Source: a virus | IMG/VR virus record: IMGVR_UViG_3300045988_180769 | Coordinates: 32,001 to 96,000 of that record | Length of the DNA: 64,000 bases | Direction: 5' to 3' (one strand) | In this document: positions 54,202 through 62,669 of the stretch, piece after piece | Layout of the letters: each line of letters begins with the position of its first letter | How positions within the stretch are numbered: the first letter of the stretch is position 1 | Translations under genes and position numbers: made by a program | The notes under the pieces: model-generated | What the model saw: the letters and a program-made list of their open reading frames with translations, nothing else | Databases searched by the model: none | Told to the model about the DNA's origin: nothing

Positions 54202-54618
54202 TTATATCTGATCACTTTTTATGCAAATATTATTCACATAAAGCGTTTTACCCTTTTTTAATTGAATGCTATAAAAGAAACGATTAACAGTTTCCATCTT
54301 CTCAATTCTATCAACAATTGCCACATCTCCATTCCTGTGTAACATTGAGTCTCCAATTGTAAGATCTTTAACTATCGTTCCATCAAGTAATTCTTGATCT
54401 CCTGAAATACGATCTATCACTCCTTCTTCATTGAAAGTGTGATAATACACATTATAAACTGCATCTCGTGGTTTCGCCAATCGTTGATTTATCAACTTGA
54501 CTTTAGAAAATGACTTTCTGTCAGTTAGGATCAAATCATTTGGTTTGATATCTTTTAAGAACTTATCACCTTCGATTGTCCTTATTTCTACAAAGTTCGA
54601 ATTAAATCCACCTTTCAT
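54202..54618 (-). CDS. free-standing degenerate Hint (mini-intein-like) domain protein, 138 aa
   Basis: Block A-like FVEIRTIEGDKFLKDIKPNDLILT. Block B-like RISGDQELL (TxxH replaced by SGDQ). TIVKDLTIGDSML. Block F/G-like FFYSIQLKKGKTLYVNNICIKS (no HN). No Cys1. Confidence 0.55.
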   Translation of the reverse strand: MKGGFNSNFVEIRTIEGDKFLKDIKPNDLILTDRKSFSKVKLINQRLAKPRDAVYNVYYHTFNEEGVIDRISGDQELLDGTIVKDLTIGDSMLHRNGDVAIVDRIEKMETVNRFFYSIQLKKGKTLYVNNICIKSDQI

Positions 54619-54620
54619 GT

Positions 54621-55178
54621 TTATTCATGTATTATTGTTCCTATTCCATATTCATCAATCCTCAGACCATATTCTATAGGAGCTATGATATTATAAAGTT
54701 CTCCTTTGTACTCTTCTTCTTTGATTTCGAGCTTCTCTACTTTCTTATAACAATAATGACTTTTTTCTCTATGCGACATGTGTTCAGCCATATCTTCAAT
54801 ACTACCATCTATCGCATCTTGATTTAATTCATAGCTCCATCCTTCTATCGTTGTTAAGATTTCGTCATCTTCAAATTCATCTATAGACTTTTCGTTAATG
54901 ACAGGATACTTTGCTCCTGGAAGATATTTACATGCGAATAACTTTTGATCTTTACAATATGTAATGGTGGCATTTGTTTTTGACAACACTCCATTGTATT
55001 GCCCTGATACAATCTTTACAGGATAAAAACAAAAGCTCATTGAAGGAAGATGATACATTTGAATATAGTCTCCTTCTTTAACATCTTTTATTTTAATTTG
55101 TTCCCATCTAACAGGTTCGAGTTCATCATCTCCCTTTACGAGAACATATACTATCGTATCTCCTATATATCCTATCAT
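54621..55178 (-). CDS. free-standing degenerate Hint-like domain protein, 185 aa
   Basis: N-terminal IVYVLVKGDDELEPVRWEQIKIKDVKEGDYI. Block B-like YCKDQKLF, sharing DQ.L with the 138-aa paralog. C-terminal ELYNIIAPIEYGLRIDEYGIGTIIHE ends the protein where inteins have HN. ATGA overlap with the MuF gene. Confidence 0.5.
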   Translation of the reverse strand: MIGYIGDTIVYVLVKGDDELEPVRWEQIKIKDVKEGDYIQMYHLPSMSFCFYPVKIVSGQYNGVLSKTNATITYCKDQKLFACKYLPGAKYPVINEKSIDEFEDDEILTTIEGWSYELNQDAIDGSIEDMAEHMSHREKSHYCYKKVEKLEIKEEEYKGELYNIIAPIEYGLRIDEYGIGTIIHE

Positions 55179-57148
55179 ACCTCAAAAGTTTTATCTCCAA
55201 CATATATTTTAACTTTACTTCTTCTCTCGATCTTTCTTTCATAGTTTTTAGGAGGAACAAACATTTTCTCTTCATCGCTCCAAACATATCCTTTTGGAGT
55301 ATATCGAAGTTGACAGCGACAATTACCTGAAATGCAAATTTTACCATTTCTCCTAATTATCAATGTATGATTCTTCTCAAGTTCAACATCGTAGATGTAT
55401 CCATTATAATCAATTTCTTTTGGTTGTAATGCTTCACTTATGGCTGTTGTATTAAAACATTCATCAATATAAATTTGATCAAATTTGGATGTATATGTTT
55501 TTTGATATTTTTTGTCATACACAACAACTTTACCTGTATTTCGATAAGAAGGTCTTTTACCTATTTTCAAAATAAGTTCACCGATATCGTCAGCCAATCT
55601 TGGACTTGAAGTTGAAAATACTCTATTATCTTTACATTTATATCCATCCCAATCTCTTCCTTTGCGAATTGAACCATCTCCTAATCTAAATGCTTCTAAA
55701 AAGATTTCAATACATTCTTTATTAAGTTCTTTGATGTTCTGTGGTATAAACTTATCGTGTGAATGACCAAATTGTTTCATATAATCCCAAAGCTCATCTT
55801 GATCACCTCTATAAAGTCTAATTTCTATATAATTGGAGCATTTATTTGCATTTGGAAATAATTGAACACAACAATCAAACATTTTTTGCAAATATTTCTC
55901 CTTACTTTGAGCGATATGAATTCTTCTGCTACCATATTCCACTGTTGATCCTTCAGATAAAAAATATCCCATAAATTCACAAAACAGTTTTGAATCATAT
56001 TCTCTCTTATCAAAAACAAATGATTTTACTGATTCACCTTTCCAATTTGGAATACTTCTCAAAAACCTCGTACTTTTAAAGATATCTTTTTCTGTTCCTA
56101 AAAACCATTTGAAATTACTTTTAGCTATCACATGATTATGGTTTGGAGTTGTCATTAAAGAAAATGATTTATGTTCTCTTAATAACATTTTTCCTTCATA
56201 TTTTTCTTCGATCCAACCTATAGCTTTACACCATTCACCATTTCCATCTTCAAGATTAATGGAGAGGAAATTTTCATCTTTATTTAAATCTTTAAAGAAT
56301 TTAAAACCTTCATTGGTTAGTACTTCTGTTTTATCGTCATAACAAAATGGATGTACAGGTCCGAGCGTTGGTTTCCAATTAGCAACTTTTACACCAATAT
56401 TGTCTCCATTTGCTATTAAATCAATCAATTTGAAAAGCCTTGGTTTTGTTCCAATTCCTCCAGTTGTATATAATCGAATACAATGTTTACACGCTCCAGG
56501 AAAGACCTCTTTGTACACTATTGCTTCAGAACCATGTTCTTCCATAATAGTTTGTGCCATTCCAATTTGATAAATATCCTGAAGTTCTGTCTCAACTATT
56601 CTTCCCCAATCTCTATTCCAATCGTTTAATGAATGACCAATATTACTCACAATATTTTGAACACTCTTTTTCTTTAAAGTTCCTTCAAGAATTTCTTTTT
56701 TAATCGTAGAGTGTTCTAATTGTCGCTGTGTCTCCATTAGAAGGTTTATTTCTTCTTGTGAAACAGCGTTAGTAATAATATCCTTCATTCTTTGTCCCAT
56801 ACTCTTTATATAAGAGTAAGTTCGAGTTGCTGCAGCATTATAAACTGCTTTCTCATGTGTAGATAATGTTTTAAACTGTTTTTTATCTATGAACAAAGAA
56901 AAGTCATGATAATCTAAAGATCTTAATTGAGATGGTGATAAAACTGAAGATAATCTTCCAAAAAGAAAAGATTGATAATATGGAGGTATCTTGTGAAGTT
57001 CGTTCTTCCAATTGTATCTATTCTTTATCAATAAATCTTTATCCTCAGGAGTAAGAAGACCAACTCCAAGGACATCAGCGACAATCTTTGCTAATCGAAA
57101 GTCAACTATTGAAAACAACTGTTGTATATCTTCAGGACTAAATATCAT
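55175..57148 (-). CDS. MuF/SPP1 gp7-like minor head (morphogenesis) protein interrupted by an intein
   Basis: The extein parts give PGACKHCIRLY...GPVHPF|CRCQLRY, i.e. the C..C...HP.CRC motif of MuF-family proteins. Located right after the portal gene. Confidence 0.75.
   Translation of the reverse strand: MIFSPEDIQQLFSIVDFRLAKIVADVLGVGLLTPEDKDLLIKNRYNWKNELHKIPPYYQSFLFGRLSSVLSPSQLRSLDYHDFSLFIDKKQFKTLSTHEKAVYNAAATRTYSYIKSMGQRMKDIITNAVSQEEINLLMETQRQLEHSTIKKEILEGTLKKKSVQNIVSNIGHSLNDWNRDWGRIVETELQDIYQIGMAQTIMEEHGSEAIVYKEVFPGACKHCIRLYTTGGIGTKPRLFKLIDLIANGDNIGVKVANWKPTLGPVHPFCYDDKTEVLTNEGFKFFKDLNKDENFLSINLEDGNGEWCKAIGWIEEKYEGKMLLREHKSFSLMTTPNHNHVIAKSNFKWFLGTEKDIFKSTRFLRSIPNWKGESVKSFVFDKREYDSKLFCEFMGYFLSEGSTVEYGSRRIHIAQSKEKYLQKMFDCCVQLFPNANKCSNYIEIRLYRGDQDELWDYMKQFGHSHDKFIPQNIKELNKECIEIFLEAFRLGDGSIRKGRDWDGYKCKDNRVFSTSSPRLADDIGELILKIGKRPSYRNTGKVVVYDKKYQKTYTSKFDQIYIDECFNTTAISEALQPKEIDYNGYIYDVELEKNHTLIIRRNGKICISGNCRCQLRYTPKGYVWSDEEKMFVPPKNYERKIERRSKVKIYVGDKTFEV
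55322..56344 (-). mobile_element. intein (341 aa) with LAGLIDADG endonuclease domain inside the MuF-like gene
   Basis: Begins CYDDKTEVLTNEGFKFFKDL (Cys1, block A). Block B MTTPNHNHVIA. LAGLIDADG motifs FMGYFLSEGS and FLEAFRLGDGSI. Ends YDVELEKNHTLIIRRNGKICISGN followed by +1 Cys. Confidence 0.85.
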
Positions 57149-57345
57149 TCTGTTATCTCAATTATTTTATTAACCAAATCCTTCATCATGTTATTTGTTT
57201 GAGTAGCAAACATAACTTGTGCCAATCCTTCATATCCACATTGCACTTTTGGATATCGAATAGGATCTTTTGTATGATAAACAATGTTCGAAGTCTTCGA
57301 CATTTGTTTTACATCTATTCCTTTTATGGTTTTAAATGGTGGCAT
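57145..57345 (-). CDS. hypothetical small protein (66 aa)
   Basis: ATG-initiated ORF between the portal and MuF genes. ATGA overlap with the MuF start. Confidence 0.45.
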   Translation of the reverse strand: MPPFKTIKGIDVKQMSKTSNIVYHTKDPIRYPKVQCGYEGLAQVMFATQTNNMMKDLVNKIIEITE

Positions 57346-57348
57346 TTG

Positions 57349-59082
57349 TTATTTCCATAAGTTCTTTTGATAATACTCAATCGCTGGTTGAAGAATAGGA
57401 TTATCCATTGATTTATACTTATCAAATGGATTTTCTTCTTCCATTCCAAAATCACCCTCACCTTCTTCTCCTGGAACGCCCTCTTCTTGACTTTGTCCTG
57501 GAACAGAAGCTCCAAACATTTGTTGCTGTTGTTCAGTTTGTTTTGCAGTTTGGTAAACTTGATTGATAATAATATCTTTTTCTGGATCAAATGGCCTTCC
57601 TGAATATTTTTGAAAAATATCCTGCATTGCCACCATACCTTTATCAAGTTTATCCATATCTAATTTTACTTGTGCTTCTTCATCTTCAACCTCTATTCCA
57701 GTAAAAGCGAATTCCCAGTCTTCATCAAGTTCACTAACAATGTATTTTGTAATAATGTTCTCAAGGAAAATCAATATTGGTTTTAGACCTTTCTCTCTAC
57801 TATGTTGCAATCGAGCTTTTTGACCATCCTGTCCAAATATTTGTGCCTGATCTTTAAACTGAAAACCAAGTTCTGTGGGGTCCATTCGATAAACAGCGCA
57901 TCCTATAATAATCAAGAATTTGAGCCATTCGTTGAACTCCATGTCTCGATTGTTCTTTTGAAGATCAATCCATTCCAGATCAATACCATTTATAACAGGT
58001 ACTCTATGAGAGTTTTGAACTCCTCTCATTGTTTGAGTCCATGCCTGTCTAAATTCGTTTAATGTAGAATTAGAGATGTTCTGGTTCTTTACATTCACAA
58101 AGCCCTTTGGTTGAGAACCTTGTGAAAAGAAGTTACCATTATATTGCATACCCCACAATATCCAAGTAATGATCTCAACAAGTGTTTCAAGTTCACTCGT
58201 TCCATAACCATTCTTTCGAATATTAGAAGTTTTGTTTCTTATTCCAAATCCAAGTTCCCATGGATAATACAAGATTGATTCTTGTGTCACTGGATTTTTT
58301 AAGATCATATCTTCCCATACCATACAATATCTTGGTAGGTAACCTTTGAATCGATACTCTTCATAATTATCCCTTTGTCTTGGATCGACTGTATCTAAGA
58401 ACCTAATCAAAGATGCATCTACAGCTCTAAACTTCTCTAACTCCCAATTTCTATTTCGAAGAAGTTCGAATGCTAATTGATCAAGTGTCAAGCTATCAAA
58501 AGTAATCTTTCTAATGAAATCTTGAAATCCATCGATATTGTCCCATTTCTCATTCCAACCACCATTCTCAAGAAATTCGACAATCTTTTCGACCTTTCTC
58601 TTATCTTCGTCAGAAAGATCGTTTGCATTCTTTTCTTGAAAAAGACCTTTTTTCTTTCTTATAGTGTATCCTTCTTTTTGTTCATCTTCTGAGAAATGCA
58701 AAAAGTTTTGAACCTGCTCTATTCGAGTATTAACAATAGCACGAATGATATAAATATCACCCATCTTACGAAGAGACTCAAAAGAAAGAACACTCTTTTG
58801 ACTCTTAAATCCTTTACCATTTCCAGTAAAGTCATTTGGATCAAAAAAGATTGATTGTATATGCTTTGGTGCCTTATTTACTTCACCAAGATAAACATTC
58901 GCTTTGAATATCTCTGTAGGATCATTTGAATTCAATGATGCCTGTAATTTACTTTGAAATGCCATTGGTGCTGCTTTTTGCAGTCTATCGATTTCTTCTA
59001 AAGAAAGATCGGCCAAACTTGTAATAAAATCTGGCCTATCTATTCTTTGAGCATTGTTTCTTTTTCTTCTTTTACTTCCCAT
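57349..59082 (-). CDS. portal protein
   Basis: About 577 aa. The central region GYGTSELETLVEIITWILWGMQYNGNFFSQGSQPKGFVNV...EFRQAWTQTMRGVQNSHRVPVINGIDLEWIDLQ...MEFNEWLKFLIIIGCAVYRMDPTELGF follows the portal-family pattern. An acidic C-terminus follows. The track start at 59121 is TTG, so the ATG at 59082 (MGSKRRKRNN) is preferred. Confidence 0.8.
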   Translation of the reverse strand: MGSKRRKRNNAQRIDRPDFITSLADLSLEEIDRLQKAAPMAFQSKLQASLNSNDPTEIFKANVYLGEVNKAPKHIQSIFFDPNDFTGNGKGFKSQKSVLSFESLRKMGDIYIIRAIVNTRIEQVQNFLHFSEDEQKEGYTIRKKKGLFQEKNANDLSDEDKRKVEKIVEFLENGGWNEKWDNIDGFQDFIRKITFDSLTLDQLAFELLRNRNWELEKFRAVDASLIRFLDTVDPRQRDNYEEYRFKGYLPRYCMVWEDMILKNPVTQESILYYPWELGFGIRNKTSNIRKNGYGTSELETLVEIITWILWGMQYNGNFFSQGSQPKGFVNVKNQNISNSTLNEFRQAWTQTMRGVQNSHRVPVINGIDLEWIDLQKNNRDMEFNEWLKFLIIIGCAVYRMDPTELGFQFKDQAQIFGQDGQKARLQHSREKGLKPILIFLENIITKYIVSELDEDWEFAFTGIEVEDEEAQVKLDMDKLDKGMVAMQDIFQKYSGRPFDPEKDIIINQVYQTAKQTEQQQQMFGASVPGQSQEEGVPGEEGEGDFGMEEENPFDKYKSMDNPILQPAIEYYQKNLWK

Positions 59083-59093
59083 CGCTCTTTTCT

Positions 59094-59660
59094 TTATGCA
59101 GTCGTACCAGCTTGTGTACAATTGACAACCATTTCTTTGTTTGAAACATCCTGAACATATGTCACTGAACCAATCTTTTCAGTTGGATCTGCATTCGCTG
59201 CCATAGTGATGGAATCATTGTTCACTGTTACATTAACAAGATTGGTTGTTGTATAATCAACATTTTCAGGGTCGCCTTCTGGTTCGCCATTAATCGTCTT
59301 CTGTCGAGTAGAAACGATCGTTACTTGTTTGGTCTCTCCTGTATTAACAAAACTTAATGTTGTTGGTGTCACTGTAAAGGTGTATTCAAACTCCTCTTCA
59401 ATATCTACCAATATTTGAGCTTTATCGTTTAATCCCTCAGGATAGGAAAGTAATTTAAAAGGACCAATAAGAGCCCATTCTTTAAATCGACCAATATTAT
59501 AAGTCATTCCTGGTTCTATGACTATTCCAAGTGATTTGAAATAATCCACATCTCCAACTGTGTTTTCTGTAACAAACACATTCAACTGACTGTCAATACC
59601 ATCAGTAATCACAGTCAGTTGTTTGGAGTTATCTATATTAGTGAATAAAAGTCTTAACAT
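59094..59660 (-). CDS. hypothetical protein with a C-terminal Ig-like segment; paralog of 59670-60227
   Basis: Shares LTVITDG/TLVTDG, VFVTEN/IFITES and YPEGLND/TPEGLNN with the neighbour. The C-terminus TFTVTPTTLSFVNTGETKQVTIVS is Ig-like. Confidence 0.5.
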   Translation of the reverse strand: MLRLLFTNIDNSKQLTVITDGIDSQLNVFVTENTVGDVDYFKSLGIVIEPGMTYNIGRFKEWALIGPFKLLSYPEGLNDKAQILVDIEEEFEYTFTVTPTTLSFVNTGETKQVTIVSTRQKTINGEPEGDPENVDYTTTNLVNVTVNNDSITMAANADPTEKIGSVTYVQDVSNKEMVVNCTQAGTTA

Positions 59661-59669
59661 GTTAACTTG

Positions 59670-60227
59670 CTACTGTGCTTTCACATTAATAACCTTAACA
59701 TTATCAATCACATTAGCTTCAATAGATGCCTTTTGTGTCAATCCAAGATCAGCTAAAGTGAAGTCAATATTTTTCCACATCTTTCCAGTTACACTCTTCT
59801 TATCAGCAGAGACTTCGCCATAGCGAGAGACTGAATCTGCGAGTGTTACTGATGCAGTAACAAATTGAATCGTCATTACTTTCTTTTGAGGAATTGTAGT
59901 GTTCAAAGCAATTGAAAATACATCTCCATTCCAAGATGCTTTCGCACTTTCAAGATTATTCAAACCCTCAGGAGTAATAATTAATTCAAGTCCTTTTTCA
60001 TTCGCGAATGCAACGAGTTCTTCGTGAGTTGTCAATTGACCTGCTTTCCAATTAAAACCCATTGCCAATAATGCAGCTCCAAGATCTTCTTCATCCTTTG
60101 CCATCACTTGTCCAGGAGAAACTACTCCTCTGGGAGATTCTGTGATAAAAATTCTCTTTTGATCGTTGCTACCATCTGTTACTAATGTAACATCAATATC
60201 TTGTCCTAAAAATCTATATAGTCTCAT
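59670..60227 (-). CDS. hypothetical protein; paralog of 59094-59660
   Basis: See the shared motifs listed for 59094-59660. ATG-initiated. Confidence 0.5.
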   Translation of the reverse strand: MRLYRFLGQDIDVTLVTDGSNDQKRIFITESPRGVVSPGQVMAKDEEDLGAALLAMGFNWKAGQLTTHEELVAFANEKGLELIITPEGLNNLESAKASWNGDVFSIALNTTIPQKKVMTIQFVTASVTLADSVSRYGEVSADKKSVTGKMWKNIDFTLADLGLTQKASIEANVIDNVKVINVKAQ

Positions 60228-60239
60228 ATTCTTTATTTA

Positions 60240-60752
60240 TTAAAGTGCAAAATGAAGTGATTGTAAAACTGAACCATCAGTATCGAGAACATAAACTTGA
60301 TATGCACCATTCACGTTTCCTTCTGGTACACTCATATCGTTTTTGATCTCAAAACTGAAATAGTTGTTTGTTGCTTTTAATGTAACGATTGTTCCATCTT
60401 CTGAAACTGTACCCATACTCTCAGGAATGTTCTTAAACACACAAAAAGCGTTGTCTTTACGAATACAAACCTGAACACCTGCTGCAATAGGTTTTTTCAC
60501 ATTAATCCACAACCAAGGCAGAATATCTTGAATTGTCGAATCCCAAGGATATTGTGTTCTATAACTTTCAGGAATGATTGCATTGTATTGTGCTTCATTG
60601 TTAATTATTCCTGAATTGGGATCTAAAGAAATTGGCATTGTTGCTGATTCAGCGATAGCACTTTCCAAAGCCAAAAAGTTGTTTTGTAAACCAGATGCAA
60701 CTTGTGCTCTTGTTTGTCCATCTGTTATTTGATAAAAATCAATTTTACTCAT
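60240..60752 (-). CDS. hypothetical protein
   Basis: The ATG at 60752 forms an ATGA overlap with the stop of the upstream Trp-rich ORF and is preferred over the track start at 60779. Confidence 0.5.
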   Translation of the reverse strand: MSKIDFYQITDGQTRAQVASGLQNNFLALESAIAESATMPISLDPNSGIINNEAQYNAIIPESYRTQYPWDSTIQDILPWLWINVKKPIAAGVQVCIRKDNAFCVFKNIPESMGTVSEDGTIVTLKATNNYFSFEIKNDMSVPEGNVNGAYQVYVLDTDGSVLQSLHFAL

Positions 60753-61090
60753 AGTTTCCAAATTAAATCTTTTGTCCAAACGAAATCATTGTGCCATATA
60801 TTGTCAGTTGAAAATAGAAATCTATTCATTCTCCATATTCCTTCTTTTAGCCAAACTCCTACACTACTCCATACTCCAGTCTTCATCAACCAAACTGGAG
60901 GTATCGAGAATTTTCCTCCTGAAATCCAATAGTTTCTATTATTCCACCTATTATACTCAAGTACCCATCTCTTTATAATGTTTGGTGGCATCTTCATTGA
61001 ACCACCTGTACTTCCACCTGTTCTAAATGAACCAGGGTCTTGTTCTGTTCCTATTCGAGAATAAACTCCTGGCAATACTTCATTTGACAT
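60749..61090 (-). CDS. Trp-rich small protein following the holin
   Basis: The track start at 61132 is TTG. ATGs exist at 61129, 61123 and 61090, and the start is uncertain. Contains periodic Trp: VWLMKTGVWSSVGVWLKEGIWRMNRF...NIWHNDFVWTKDLIWKL. Coupled by ATGA to the next gene. Confidence 0.4.
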   Translation of the reverse strand: MSNEVLPGVYSRIGTEQDPGSFRTGGSTGGSMKMPPNIIKRWVLEYNRWNNRNYWISGGKFSIPPVWLMKTGVWSSVGVWLKEGIWRMNRFLFSTDNIWHNDFVWTKDLIWKL

Positions 61091-61565
61091 AATCAAAACC
61101 CTCCTTCTTTTTTGGTGAGCCATTTTCATCAAAATCTGCTAAATACTTCCTAATCCTTGCTGGTACAAGTGTTGGGCTTATTTTAGCTGAATTCTCAATA
61201 ATAGAGATACTTTCTCTTATAATAAGAGCATTACACACAACTGATCTAAACCATGTGTATATCTCTACATTTCCTCCTTCAACTGTAAAATTACCTATTA
61301 CATGTGAAACTATCAACATTCCACTGTAAATAAGTATCTTAATAAATATCATTCCAAAGCCTTTACTCGAAAAATCCTTTTGCTTTAAATGATATACCCA
61401 ACTTATAACAGTGTCTATAATGATGAGAATCATTAAGTACTTTAAAAACTCCCAATCATTATAGACATATTTTTCAATAAAAGCTGTTACAGAAGCACAT
61501 GAAAGAGGAACACTGAGTAAAAGTGGCATGTAAAAACTGCAGATATAGTTCCTGAACTTATTCAT
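61080..61565 (-). CDS. holin (phage_holin_4-like)
   Basis: Predicted membrane helices LLLSVPLSCASV, YLMILIIIDTVISWV and IFIKILIYSGMLIVSHVI. The family-like C-terminal motif is IRESISIIENSAKISPTLVPARIRKYL. Confidence 0.65.
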   Translation of the reverse strand: MNKFRNYICSFYMPLLLSVPLSCASVTAFIEKYVYNDWEFLKYLMILIIIDTVISWVYHLKQKDFSSKGFGMIFIKILIYSGMLIVSHVIGNFTVEGGNVEIYTWFRSVVCNALIIRESISIIENSAKISPTLVPARIRKYLADFDENGSPKKKEGFDYVK

Positions 61566-61573
61566 GTTTATTC

Positions 61574-62590
61574 TTATTTAAGACTTTCGTATTTATTATT
61601 AATAGGAAGATAAACCTCAGCCCAACCACCAATTTTTATTCTATCAACATATCCTTGTTCTATATTTTTTAATCTGATCCAATAATCGTCTTTACCTACA
61701 ACTTCAAACTTTGAACCATTTTTTGAATCATTTCTTTGAACAATCATTCCAACTTTAACATCTTCATGAGAAAGTTTTTGTGGTCTGTCAGGATTCTCTT
61801 TTGATTGAGTTTTTATATCCTTCAAATCTGCTTTAGTATTATAAACCTTCTTGTTGTTGTATTTTTCTAATGTTTTCACAACTTGCTCTGGAGACACTTG
61901 AACATCGCCACGAGTCATTGTATTTTTACTAAACCACTTACCTTCTTTTTTAGTAAATGAAATAGCAATGTTTCCAGTTTGAGCATACTTAACATTGATT
62001 ACACTTCCATCACCAGAATTATCTAATTCTGATTTTGATACAAAAGATTGTTTCTCATCTTTGGATGATTTGGATTCTTCTACTTCTTTCTTCCCAGAAC
62101 TCGTTCCTTTCTTTTTAAGTCTCCAACCTCTCTCAGTCTTGACATATAATTTACCACCATATGTCTTTTCTGTTCCAAGTGGAAGAGCTTTCGCTTTTTC
62201 GATTGCATCTTTATCTGCACAATTAATCCCTGCAATGCCCTTAAAAATGTTAAGATCAGTCTCTTTAAATTTGCGACAAGCATTATCGTCAATGGATTTA
62301 AATATTCCATCAGGAATATCAACACCTTCAGTTTGAGCTTCTCTCCAATACATGATACACTTTGTAAGATCTTCTCTTACCACAGTTACAGGATGAAGTG
62401 ATGCATAATCTGCAGCAGCGCACGATATTTCATATTCATCAATTTCTTGTTTCTTAGACTTTTCCAATACATCTCTTGAAAAAGCATCTACTTGAGACTT
62501 TGAAAAACTCTCGAGATTATGTTTCTCAATGAAATCTTGATATTCAAGATAAGTAAATTCTTTTTGATTTAAATTAATCATATGACTCAT
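61574..62590 (-). CDS. hypothetical protein carrying the GTEKT-GGK-Y-KT-GW module
   Basis: Residues 128-170 DAIEKAKALPLGTEKTYGGKLYVKTERGWRLKKKGTSSGKKE are homologous to the N-terminus of the 726-aa ART protein. Confidence 0.55.
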   Translation of the reverse strand: MSHMINLNQKEFTYLEYQDFIEKHNLESFSKSQVDAFSRDVLEKSKKQEIDEYEISCAAADYASLHPVTVVREDLTKCIMYWREAQTEGVDIPDGIFKSIDDNACRKFKETDLNIFKGIAGINCADKDAIEKAKALPLGTEKTYGGKLYVKTERGWRLKKKGTSSGKKEVEESKSSKDEKQSFVSKSELDNSGDGSVINVKYAQTGNIAISFTKKEGKWFSKNTMTRGDVQVSPEQVVKTLEKYNNKKVYNTKADLKDIKTQSKENPDRPQKLSHEDVKVGMIVQRNDSKNGSKFEVVGKDDYWIRLKNIEQGYVDRIKIGGWAEVYLPINNKYESLK

Positions 62591-62623
62591 TTATTTTAAA
62601 TTATTGAATTCGAATTCATCGCA

Positions 62624-62655
62624 TAAAAATAGGAATAATATCAATCATTTCCAAA
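62624..62655 (-). promoter_or_regulatory. promoter candidate (TTTG-N20-TATTTTTA)
   Basis: Minus strand reads TTTGGAAATGATTGATATTATTCCTATTTTTATG, about 34 nt upstream of the ATG at 62590. Confidence 0.45.
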
Positions 62656-62669
62656 TTTTCTCGATAATT

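Noticed and set aside
57324-57647. Minus-strand ORFs nested out of frame in larger genes: 57324-57647, 38248-38508, 40655-40909, 55126-55347, 55825-56019, 62080-62325, 46170-46352, 47187-47381 and 19710-19907.
   Set aside because: They lie entirely inside well-supported genes (portal, tape measure, sheath, MuF, capsid and others) in another frame. They have biased composition and no independent signals.
60960-61090. The sheath-like N-terminal motif (LPGVYSRIG) in the Trp-rich ORF, considered as evidence for a second sheath fragment.
   Set aside because: Only about 8 residues match. The protein is far too short and otherwise unrelated. This is probably coincidence.
62606-62617. The GAATTCGAATTC tandem palindrome in the 62591-62669 gap, considered as an operator.
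   Set aside because: It is a single occurrence with no partner site or nearby repressor gene. A short palindrome is expected by chance in AT-rich DNA.
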